Origin: Octopus vulgaris
Taxonomy: Eukaryota
Direction: 5' to 3'
Length of the DNA stretch: 64,000 nt
Assembly: GCA_951406725.2 (NCBI GenBank)
Contig: OX597814.1
Span: 32,240,001-32,304,000 of the forward strand
Part shown: piece by piece, positions 13,528-25,036 of the stretch
Layout of the letters: every line of letters begins with the position of its first letter
Numbering within the stretch: position 1 is the first letter of the stretch
Notes under the pieces: generated by a model
Database searches by the model: none
Told to the model about the DNA's origin: nothing
The model's input: only the letters and a program-made list of their open reading frames with translations
Made by a program: the position numbers and the translations under genes

Positions 13528-13530
<3 letters not shown>
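13395..13530 (+). mobile_element. Short hammerhead-bearing module (motif 13401-13437) followed by (TA)n
   Basis: cttt-CTGTAGA-A-gagc-gtag-gctc-GAAA-C-GTA-aaag; attcctgagcg; homologous to 47910-48120 and 49035-49185. Confidence 0.75.
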
Positions 13531-13575
<45 letters not shown>

Positions 13576-13670
13576 AAAAATTATTAAAAGGCAGAATGCT
13601 AAATTGAAAGAAAATTTAATGAAAATGGTGTATGGAAAATTTTGAAAAATTGATAAAATTTATATATATT

Positions 13671-13712
13671 AATTCAAACCGGTTTTCGTCATAATGTGAC
13701 TTTTCAAGAATT
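13671..13712 (-). ncRNA. Minimal type-I hammerhead with compensatory U3-A8 core
   Basis: aattc-TTGAAAA-gtca-catta-tgac-GAAA-accggt-TT-gaatt: perfect 5-bp stem I, 4-bp stem II, palindromic AACCGGTT stem III; ~100 nt from a (TA)n tract. Confidence 0.7.
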
Positions 13713-14060
13713 GTAAAGAAATTTTTTTTTTAATTTGAGGAGGGGAAAAAAAGAAAATTACATTGTTTTTCGTAAAAAAATAATAATAAATATATACAAA
13801 GATTAAAAAATGGGTACTCCGATACATTGTAACGTCTTTGTGTTTCTTGAGTTTAATGATAGTTCTTGAAAAAATTACCTTGGAGGATTGAGATCCATGG
13901 GATTAAATCCATGTGCTGTTTATTTTAATTAAGGATGTCTCTTAAGTGAATGGCAAAACAGGAAGTAGTAGTCCAGCTCCTGTGAATAAGGGGAGACAAC
14001 TCTATGGGTTTTAAGCTCTTCAATTTGGGTTTATTAATTTTTTGTAATAAAGGGTGTTAA

Positions 14061-14294
14061 TAAACCTTAAATTATAAAATTATCATTTTAGCTTCATTTG
14101 CATTATCTTTTTTTATATAATTGTTTGCTAACTTAACATTCAGATTTTAACACTTTATTTATATTGTTTTCTAATTATATAAATTTACATTTTAAATAAA
14201 GTGTTAAAATCTGAATGTTAAGTTAGCAAAAAAATTATATAAAAAAAGATAATGCAAATGAAGCTAAAATGATAATTTTATAATTTAAGGTTTA
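14061..14294. repeat. Near-perfect ~100-bp palindrome with 31-bp spacer
   Basis: 14061-14161 is the reverse complement of 14193-14294 (about one mismatch and one indel). Confidence 0.92.
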
Positions 14295-14899
14295 AAATAG
14301 GTACCAGATGGACACTGAGAGCGATGTAATCGACTTACTCCCTTCCCCGAACTTTCTGGCCGTACGCAAACTGACCTTATAGTTATTTCTCCTTCTATGC
14401 TGTTTCGTTTTTTCTTTGTTCATTTCTTCTTTAAACTTTTTTTCATTGCATAATTCAATCAGAACCTTCATTAATCCAATTGATTGAGACGTTGAGATGG
14501 ATGAGTCGTTACAGCGTCGAGGACAATGAATGGTGTTATGTGTACGTTGCGGCTCTTTACATTCTGAGTTTAAATCTTATTGGAGGAAAATCAAATTTTG
14601 AGGTCGATTGAATCCATGTTATCGACTAATTCCATCTGAAAATTTCTGGAGATGATGAGCGAGTAGAATTATTAGCACGCCGGTCAAAATGCTTACCGAT
14701 ATTTCGTCCGTCAGTATATTGAATCTGCGAGTATTCCTGTCAATAATTTCCACATAAGTGGCAAGCAGGATATCGGCCTGTAATTGTCTACCGTATTGCC
14801 TTGTTCGTGCATGACAATCACCAAATCTTTTGATCTTTTAATTTCGAACACAGGACATGAAAGCGGACAATATGTCGCTAATCATTTTGTCCAGCGTGC

Positions 14900-16325
14900 T
14901 ATCAATGAGGTTATCTAATACTTTCCTGATTCTTCTAGCCGTGCCAAGGAAACAAAACTTTTGTAACAGTTCTACTGGGCAATCTACACCAGTTTTCTTT
15001 ATATTCCACTTCATGCCTTCTGATACTGTTCCCAAGGATCCAAAAATAATTGGCATTATCCTCACCTACTTCATCTTCCATAGCTGGACTATTTCGTCCT
15101 TAAGAGGGTTGTATTTATCTCTCTTTTTGCCTTCCTTCTTGACTATTCATGTATCAAAGGGGCATGCAACATTAACTATATGGCATATCTAGTGAGCCTT
15201 GTGCACCATCACTAGGCCCAGTCTGTTATGCTCTAGCACCAAATCTGTTTGGATTGGGAAATCCCAAAGGATTTTCACTTTTCGCATAGTCTCCAATGTA
15301 GCAATTTCGCTACCTGGTGGTGTCGCCACAACTTATAGTGGTTTTAGACAAGTCTAGAGAATTCGTTCGGGATATGGCCAATGGTTTCATCCAATCTATT
15401 GTAGATGCGGCACAGCGGAGACACTTACTCATTCCTAAAGTTGACCCTCCAGTTTGTGGCCAAAGTTCGGTCTTGCACTGCCAGGATAGTGCACCAATTA
15501 TCCGGCACTTTCTATTCTCTTTATCTAATACTAATGAATCAGGCCTTTTAGATTTTATTTCTCTGTCTGTCTGAATTTTAAAGGCCCACAACATCTTGTA
15601 TTTCTTACTTTCTAGTAGTTTACTAAGTTCATGTGCATACCATTTATTAGTATGTTCAAATCCTAGTTTTCTACATAATTCCCAGTCGATTACTCTCCCT
15701 AGGTTGTCATGCCTTTTCGTGTATTCTTTCTGTGCCAGCATGCTACATTCACTTACTATAGGAGTAACGCTTTCCTCTCTTGATTTGCATAACCTTCATT
15801 GTGAATCTGCTTGGATTTTGTTTACCTTGATCTTTTATCCAATTAGTCCTTAATGCTTGTTTGTGTGCTGCTACTAACAAACTCTGTCCCCTTTTTTACA
15901 TTTCCCCTCTGCAACCATAACCATGTCTCACTACTACTATTTGCTGAAACTATCTTTAGGGAATCTGCCATGCAACGATCTCACAAAGTCTAAACTACGA
16001 ATCATTTTGACTCTCTGCGCTATTCATATGCTGTTTTCTTGACACGATCCCAGATAAAGATCTTGCTTTCCAAGATTCATTCTTAAATTATTCATCAGAG
16101 TTCCCAAATACTCATCATGCCTACAGTTTTGTATTCCTTTTTAGCCAAACTTAAAATGTGCTCTTTTGAGCGTTATTGAGCATTTGGAGCTTATATTCAG
16201 CTTTTGCTTTAGTGCTCCCCATATTCATCATTGTCTTTATCCAGTTTACAGCCAGGACCTGCACTTCAGCTGCTAAAATCATTCCCTTTTTCTATTCTTC
16301 AGTACTCCATTTGTAATTAAGACAG
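14900..16325 (-). pseudogene. R4/Dong-like (RLE) non-LTR retrotransposon C-terminal fragments
   Basis: LAQKEYTKRHDNLGRVIDWELC...KWYAH...MLWAFKIQTDREIKSKRPDSLVLDK; IIFGSLGTV...LLQKFCFLGTARRIRKVL; GMILAAEVQVLAVNWIK. Confidence 0.8.
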
Positions 16326-16484
16326 CACAAGAAGGATCGTGTGGCAAGAAAATTACTTTCCGGTCAGATGGCTTTGGTTCCAGTCTCACTGTGTGACACC
16401 CTGGGTAAGTGTATTTTACTATTGCCCCGGGATGATCGAGCATTGTTAGTAGATGTGAGAGACGGAAACTGAAATAATCCCGTC

Positions 16485-16531
<47 letters not shown>

Positions 16532-16611
16532 AAGACAGATAGAGATAATATGCATATATATATCTATATATTTATATACCCGTATATATGTGTATATATA
16601 TATATATATAC

Positions 16612-16667
<56 letters not shown>

Positions 16668-16677
16668 GTATATACAT

Positions 16678-16718
<41 letters not shown>

Positions 16719-17186
16719 TTATACGCATATATCTATGTATATATGAATGTGCGTATGCGTGTGATTGCGTCCGTGATGTCCCTCACTACCGCTTGACAAC
16801 CTGTGTTTGTGTTATTTATTTCCCTGTAATTCAACAGTTCGGCATAAGGTATCCGACCGAATAAGTACCCGGTTCCAAAAGTAAGTAACGTAGTCGATCC
16901 ATTCCACTAACATTCTTCAAGATAGCATCTGATCTTTAAGACTGAAGATGAGAAGAAGCAACGAGTAGTGTTTTTGCACTACGCACGTATCCACAGCTTG
17001 GGGACATAAAAAAATGGGGTGACGAAATATAAAGGTCGTATTGTCGGGTAAAGTTGAGCATAGGTTTATGTTTTTTCGACTCAGTGCAAGGAGGTGGTGA
17101 GCTATGAATTGACACTAATTACCCTGTTGTCGGGTAGCGTTTCTCTATATATATATATACTTATATATACATATATGTATACATAC

Positions 17187-17244
<58 letters not shown>

Positions 17245-17358
17245 ATATTTCGGAATGGTCATTTTGCCAGTTTAGCCAATAAAAACACACGCACTATATA
17301 TTTGGTGTTATTTTGCTTCAGTGATATTTATTTTTTACATTAATCTTAATCTTATTTC

Positions 17359-17403
17359 GGCCAGAGTTCTTTCGTCACACTCCTGTGACCGCATCAGTGG
17401 TCC
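17359..17403 (-). ncRNA. Hammerhead motif, copy in the inverted pseudo-LTR
   Basis: Reverse complement of 20280-20324. Confidence 0.65.
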
Positions 17404-17924
17404 TTTGTTTTCTTCTTTCGTATTTGTGCCACTCCTTACTAACCGTCAGCCATTTTGTATTTCTATTGTATGTCTTCATTTGCGCATGCTTATATCTCTA
17501 TGTGCGTCTATGTTTATTTAGTGTGTGTGTGGGGGGATGCCTGTAATATTTGTATCTTCTGTTTATATACATTCATGTAATTTGTATTTTGTTTTTGTTG
17601 TTGTTGCTTTTGTTCTAATTTTGTTCATGTGTTTACATCCACCCATTATTATCATTACATATGCTTGTATGTATGTATAACAACAATATTAGTAATAATA
17701 ATAATAAATCTAATCTAAAAAAAATATATATATATATAAACATACATATACATAGATATATATACATATATATAGTTATTCATATATATATATACATACA
17801 TATACATACATAGATATATATACATATATATATAGTTATTCATTTCTATTTGTTTATTTATCTGTGTATTTATTTATTATGTTTTCGGGATCCTCTATCG
17901 TCATATGTTGTGGTGTGTGCTATT

Positions 17925-19720
17925 ACAGAATCTCCTACTTCCTCTCAATGATCATACGCCCTATAATCAGGATGTCACCTGATGTGTGTGACAGCACAGA
18001 AGATCTCCTAAGCAGGATCAGTGACTGTAACAAAACTTGTGACTTGACAGGATGTATAGTAGGTAGCATGGATGTGGTATCCCTATACCCATCGATTGAC
18101 GTAGATTTTGCAGTGGAGAAGTGCGTGGAGATGATCAACGAGAGTCAGGTGGAGTTCCGTAATGTCAACATAGAGGAACTGGGGCTCCTACTTAGACTGA
18201 CATATAATAACGAATACTTAGATAAACATAATCTTAGTAGTTTCTGCCCCAGTAGATGTTTAAGAGGTAGACCGCCTACAATTACTTCTATGGCTAGGAA
18301 GACACATATAGAAAGATGGCGCGGATGGACCAGAGCCATACGGAGCCCCGCAAATGTCCATCAGGTAAAGAAAATGATCGCACATGCACTAGGAGCTAGT
18401 ATAAGAGTTACCCTAAAAGGCCACACATTTAAATTTAATAATAAAATATATGCCCAGGACGAGGGGGCAGCCATCGGTGTTAGTATCGCTGGTGATGTGG
18501 CCAACCTTTTCATGGTATGGTGGGACAGAAGGCTTAAAGAACGCCTACTGCAGAAATCCATACTCGTAAACATGTACTCTCGCTATGTTGATGATATCAA
18601 CATAGTAGTAAAGGCACCCCCACAAGAGAGTAATGTTGATATAGTAATAGAAACTAATACTATGGAGAGCATCCAGCAAATAGCTAACTCCATCCACCAG
18701 AGTATTAAGGTCACAATAGACTACCCCACTAAACACCCCAACCATAGACTACCAGTACTAGACACTGAACTCTGGCTAGAAATTGTGAAAAATAAAACCC
18801 AAATCCTTCATTCATACTATGCAAAACCTATGGCCTCAAAATACCTGATCCACCGGAACTCAGCCATTGCGGGCAATGACAAATTCAATATTTTGATGGC
18901 AGACCTCGTCAGAATAATGAGAAATGTGTCACGCATGTGCGAGCCTAGAGAATTAAAGAGACACATACAGTATTTCATTCACCGCATGCAGTTCTCAGGT
19001 TACAGCCATAAAGAAAGGATCAGAGTATACAAAGGAGCCATGAAGAAATTTGATAATATATTATGTAATGATAGGAATGGGATTTGCCCACTCTATAGGA
19101 ACAAGTCATGGAACACGATAGAAAGGACAAAAAAGAAAATAAGGAAGGCCAACTCTTGGTATGATAGCCATAAATACCAGAGTGTCATGTTCGTTGACAC
19201 CACCCCTGGAGGTGAACTGGCGTACCGCTTTAGAAGGACACTAGATAAACTTAAACTAAGAATTAAGGTCGTTGAAAAGCCAGGCAACCCTATCAAATCT
19301 ATAATTGGTAGAACCTATCCTTTTAGTAGAACCCTCTGTACGAATAACTATTGCACTGTATGTAGATTTAGCCCACAAACAAACTGTAAAGCCAGAAATG
19401 TAGTCTATAGTATAAGATGTATAGAGGGACGATGCAGTAACAAGACAATATCATACGTAGGGGAAACGGCAAGAAGCATAGGAGAGCGGGTGAATGAAAA
19501 TTGGAGACAAATGAAGGAAGGTAAAAGCTCGTCGATTATGTACCAACACGCCGAACATGAACACGGGGGATCAATCAATAACATAGAGATTAAGATATTG
19601 TCCACACATAGAACAGATGCAACAATTAGACAAATTACAGAAGCTACACATATAATAGAAAATAAACCTAGCCTAAATAGAAAACTAGAATGGAGCAATA
19701 GCACACACCACAACATATGA
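17925..19720 (+). CDS. PLE2 reverse transcriptase + Cys-rich linker + C-terminal GIY-YIG endonuclease (5'-truncated; track ORF 17864-19720)
   Basis: SMDVVSLYPSI (A), YAQDEGAAIG..AGDVANLF (B'), YSRYVDD (C), LPVLDTEL, YYAKPMAS, CTNNYCTVC, NVVYSIRC..C..YVGETARSIGER, RQITEA..KPSLN. The first ~20 aa of the track ORF come from the inverted arm. Confidence 0.95.
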
Positions 19721-20279
19721 CGATAGAGGATCCAGAAAACATAATAAATAAATACACAGATAAATAAACAAATAGAAATGAATAACTATATATATGTATA
19801 TATATCTATGTATGTATATGTATGTATATATATATATGAATAACTATATATATATATATATATGTGTATGTATATGTATGTATATATATATATGAATAAC
19901 TATATATATGTATATATATCTATGTATGTATATGTATGTATATATATATATTTTTTTTTTTTTCCATTAGATTTATTATTATCATTATTACTAATATTGT
20001 TGTTATACATACATACAAGCATATGTAATGATAATAATGGGTGGATGTAAACACATGAACAAAATTAGAACAAAAGCAACAACAACAAAAACAAAATACA
20101 AATTACATGAATGTATATAAACAGAAGATACAAATATTACAGGCATCCCCCCACACACACACTAAATAAACATAGACGCACATAGAGATATAAGCATGCG
20201 CAAATGAAGACATACAATAGAAATACAAAATGGCTGACGGTTAGTAAGGAGAGACACAAATACGAAAGAAGAAAACAAA

Positions 20280-20324
20280 GGACCACTGATGCGGTCACAG
20301 GAGTGTGACGAAAGAACTCTGGCC
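20280..20324 (+). ncRNA. Minimal type-I hammerhead motif in the PLE2 3' pseudo-LTR
   Basis: gg-a-cca-CTGATGCG-gtcac-aggagt-gtgac-GAAA-g-aa-c-TC-tgg-cc: stems I and II intact, core A9 replaced by C, predicted cut after CUC. Confidence 0.65.
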
Positions 20325-20500
20325 GAAATAAGATTAAGATTAATGTAAAAAATAAATATCACTGAAGCAAAATAACACCAAATATATAGTGCGTGTGTTT
20401 TTATTGGCTAAACTGGCAAAATGACCATTCCGAAATATAACAATATCAGTTTCAACACTCGATTTCACATAAAAAATCTTGCACAACAAATATTTAAACG

Positions 20501-20531
<31 letters not shown>

Positions 20532-20556
20532 GTTTAGATTGACTAATACCAAATTA

Positions 20557-20617
<61 letters not shown>

Positions 20618-21361
20618 CATCATCATTATTATTATCATTATTATCATTATTATTATTATTATTATGTTGAGGTGAAATTTACCTTTCATCTTTTCGGGGG
20701 TCGATACAATATGTACCAGTTGTACACTGGGATTTTATGTAATCGACTCATCCTCTCCACAACATTTCTGCCCTTGTGACAAAATTTGAAATTATTATTA
20801 TTATTGTTGTTGCTGTTGTAGTTTTTATGCCATTCAACGTATTCATTTTTGTAAAAGCTTAAATGACGCTTTCTGGCGGACGATCTCACAAAGTCTAAAC
20901 TACGAATCATTTTATCTTTCTATGCTATTCATATGCAGTTTTCTGGAAACGATCCCATATAAAGCTCTTGCTTTCCAAAATTCATTCTTAAATTATTCAT
21001 CTGAGTTCCCAAATCTAATCATGCCTACAGTTTTCTATTCCTTTTTAGCCGAACTTAAAATGTGCTCTTTTGAGCGTAATTGAGCATTTGGAACTTACAT
21101 ACATCGTTGTATATTCACCTTTTGCTTTAGTGCTCCTGGACCTCAGCTGCTAAAGTCATTCCCTTTGTATTTTCTTCAGTAATCCTTTTGCAATTAAAAC
21201 AGCACAAGAATGATCGTGTGGCAAGAAAATTACTTTCCGGTCAGATGGCTTTGGTTCCAGTTTCGCTCCGAGGCATACTGGGTAAATGTCTTTTACTATT
21301 GCCCCGGGCAGTCCGAGCATTGGTAGTAGATGTGAGAGACGGAAACTGAAATAATCCCGTC

Positions 21362-21404
<43 letters not shown>

Positions 21405-21406
21405 TA

Positions 21407-21456
<50 letters not shown>

Positions 21457-22331
21457 ATACCCATATGTGTATATATATATATACACGTATATATATATAT
21501 ATATATATATATGAATATATATACACACACGTATATACATACAACATATATATATTTATATATATATATATATATACTAATACGCATATATCTATGTATA
21601 TATGAATGTGCGTATGCGTGTCATTGCGTCCGTGATGTTCTTCACTACCGTTTGACAACCGGTGTTTGTGTTTTTATGTCCCCGTAACTTAACAGTTTGG
21701 CATAAGGTATCCGACCGAATAAGTACCCGGTTCCAAAAGTGAGTAACGTGGTCGATCCATTCCACAAAAATTTTGCAAGATGGTGCTCCAGCATGGCCGT
21801 TCCCTGCTGACTGAAATAAGTAAAACATTGATGGTAAAAGATCTCCAATGCATTTCAATTTTGCTTCATTTTTCTAAACAACTGCTTTGATTCTATACCA
21901 TTGCAAGGGTTAATAATGTTTTGTCTTATACATATATGATGTATTTGTTTTCTAAAATTGCAGTTCACTGGTAATTTAATATGACTTCTAGAAAAGCTGG
22001 TAAAGTTGCTTGTAATAAATGGGGTAGAACCAATTATGCCCCTAAGCGCTTCGACAGAAAAATTTGTAAACAATATCGCAGACTGAAAAAAAATGACCCA
22101 CGAAACAGGAAAATAAATACATGTGAACAAGAAGGTATAGAAAATAATTTCGCCTTAACAAATGAGAAAGAAACAACAACGATATTTATAACAACGTTAA
22201 TAGCAATAGCAGTTTTGTTAGCATTGCTAATCAGGAGATGATCGATATATTTCTGCTCTTAGAGAAGAAAAACAAACATGGTAAAAGTATGTTACAACAA
22301 ATGGTGACTTCTCGCCCGCGGTTAGAAATAG

Positions 22332-22753
22332 AGCAGTGACCAAGGAGGAAGGTGATAAACTTCTCTTTAAAGATACACGGGAGCTCCAACATACGTACAA
22401 TGGGAGAGCCGAATGAAGGTGTAGTTAAATAGGTGTTCCATAAAGCGACAAATGACTTGCAGAAAATCGCATCTGATCTTTAAGACTGGGGATAAGAAGA
22501 AGCAACGAGTAATGTTTTTGTACTACGCACGTATCCACTGCTTGAGGGCATAAAAAAATGGGGAGACGAAATATAAAGGTCGTATTGCTGGGTAGTGTTG
22601 AGCATAGGTTCATGTTCCTCTGTGCGATTCAGTGCAAGGAGGTGGTGAGCTATGAATTAACACTAATTACTCTGTGGTCGGGTAACGTTTCTCTCTCTCT
22701 ATATATATATACCAAATTTAGATTGTCTACTACAAAATTATTATTATTATTAC

Positions 22754-22818
<65 letters not shown>

Positions 22819-24969
22819 GCAACAGCAGTAGCAGGAGATCATGGCCGTTGTTCACGAATTTTCTTTGCAAAATGAATACGAAATATTTGAAACAGTTTGC
22901 TAAAAGACGCCAGGCAGCTACGTTCACAAGAAGAAATAAAGGAACAACAGGCACCTTGTCAAATTTTCAGGGAATTTCTTGGTTTCCATTCAAAAAAGGT
23001 TTACAAATATTCTTGGCAGACACATTAAGTGGAACCTTCTATTACAAACTCCTTAGTTTGGAGAAAAGGTCAGAACCCATGATTCTTGTATGCTCTGTAC
23101 GAATTACAAGAATGATGCCATTATTGCAGTTAATGATTAATGATTGCAGTTAATGATTCCGCTAGAGTGTCGCCAGCAGCTGTGAAAGGCTGAAATATGG
23201 CTATTGTTTCTAAAGAGAAGAGTTTGGAGATGCTGTGGTCCAGCATTTGTTGCGATTTTGCGAGAAGATTAGCTGTGTGCTGCTCACGTTTAGAGGCAGT
23301 GTGGTGCAGTAATGTTTTCTTACTGTAATAATGCTTGAGTTTTAAGGCGATGAGGTGGCAGAAAAGTTAGGACGCCGGGCGAAATGCTTAGTGGTATTTC
23401 GTCTGCCTTTACCTTCTGAGTTCAAATTCCGCCGAGGTCGACTTTGCCTTTCATCCATTCGGGGGTCGATAAATTAAGCACCAGTTGCGTACTAGGGTCG
23501 ATCTAATCGACTGGCCTCCTCCCCAACAATTTACGGCCTTGTACCTAGAGAAGAAAAGAGTAATGCTTGAGATTTAGGATATGTTTCGACTGTTAAAAGA
23601 GGCGAGTTTGGCATAGCCCTACCAACCAATAGAATTTAATGTAGGTTCGGCTTCTGGCCCCTATTTTGTGTGTGAATCACATATGGTAAGGGAAGATTGG
23701 GATAAATAACGAGTTACGTCAACTGCATACGAATAGCCGCTTTTTTGATGTGGTAAATTGGTGATTGATTTTTAGAAAGAAGAGATTTGATGAGAGAATT
23801 AACTCTGAGAAATACCAAATTTGATTTTAAATGGGCCAGAAATAGCTCTGTCGTTATATGCTACAATGAAAAAATTTGATGGGAACTCACCAATCAAATT
23901 GATGTGATATCGTTGGAGACAGTAATCAAGATGTTTTGACTGCTTTCCAAACATGGTCGCATGCTTATTTCATGTCCAAAGTAACAGCATGGTTCTCGGC
24001 GATCTTCTTTAAAGTGTGTCGGCTTGTGAGTGAACATGAGCGGGTAGGTCTTCAGTAACTGTGACTCTAGGTTAACTGTTGTAGCATTGACTGAAGAGAT
24101 TGAGTGACATAGATTCCAAGTGATGAAGAACATCTCTGTTAACAATTGTATCCATGGTATTTACCAGTAAAAGGAGGACATTTGGTGCTGTATGCACCAT
24201 TCCAAAACAGAGAACGCGGAAAAAGAACATACCTAAATTGCCTGAGAGACACCTGCCCTCAGACTACTCACACAATATTCTGGAATAAAGAACAGAAAAT
24301 TCACAATCTGGAACATTGGCTACGTGTTCAACTCCTGATTACTCAGTACATTTGTGACGCGATAAGGGAAGGTAATCTGTAACGACATGTAGGATGGACA
24401 CGGACATACAACTGCACACAACACCACAGAATAATACTAAAGTCTTTTTGAGAAGGCATTAAAGCTCAGCGTGAGAGGTAGAGATCAAGACTGCTGCACG
24501 TGTTCCAACAAAATTTATGTAAAGGCTGTGATCCCTGAAAGCCTAAAAGTATGAAAGCCTAAAAGCAGTGACCAAGGAGGAAGGTGATAAACTTCTCTTT
24601 AAAGATACACGGGAGCTCCAACATACGTACAATGGGAGAGCCGAATGAAGGTGTAGTTAAATAGGTGTTCCATAAAGCGACAAATGACTTGCAGAAAATC
24701 GCATCTGATCTTTAAGACTGGGGATAAGAAGAAGCAACGAGTAATGTTTTTGTACTACGCACGTATCCACTGCTTGAGGGCATAAAAAAAATGGGGAGAC
24801 GAAATATAAAGGTCGTATTGCTGGGTAGTGTTGAGCATAGGTTCATGTTCCTCTGTGCGATTCAGTGCAAGGAGGTGGTGAGCTATGAATTAACACTAAT
24901 TACTCTGTGGTCGGGTAACGTTTCTCTCTCTATATATATATATACCAAATTTAGATTGTCTACTACAAA

Positions 24970-25036
<67 letters not shown>

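Larger units (their letters stand above)
17237..20500 (+). mobile_element. Penelope-like retroelement 2, 5'-truncated, with inverted pseudo-LTR (17237-17924 / 19697-20446) and a ~55-bp 3' extension, inserted in (TA)n
   Basis: Arms are near-identical reverse complements; RT+GIY-YIG ORF lies between them; (TA)n on both sides. Confidence 0.95.
15975..22820 (+). repeat. Older local duplication: copy A 15975-20670 (contains PLE2, lacks ~690 bp) and copy B 20880-22820
   Basis: acgatctcacaaagtctaaactacgaatcatttt at 15975 and 20880; gcatctgatctttaagactg at 16925 and 22470; tttagattg...aaattatt(TAT)n at ~20533 and ~22717. Confidence 0.88.

Noticed and set aside
17864-17924. Apparent N-terminus of the 618-aa ORF
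   Set aside because: Non-ATG start lying in the inverted pseudo-LTR arm; the element is 5'-truncated
24146-24382. 78-aa ORF duplicated identically at 26364-26600
   Set aside because: Identity is explained by the recent tandem duplication; non-ATG start, possibly LINE debris
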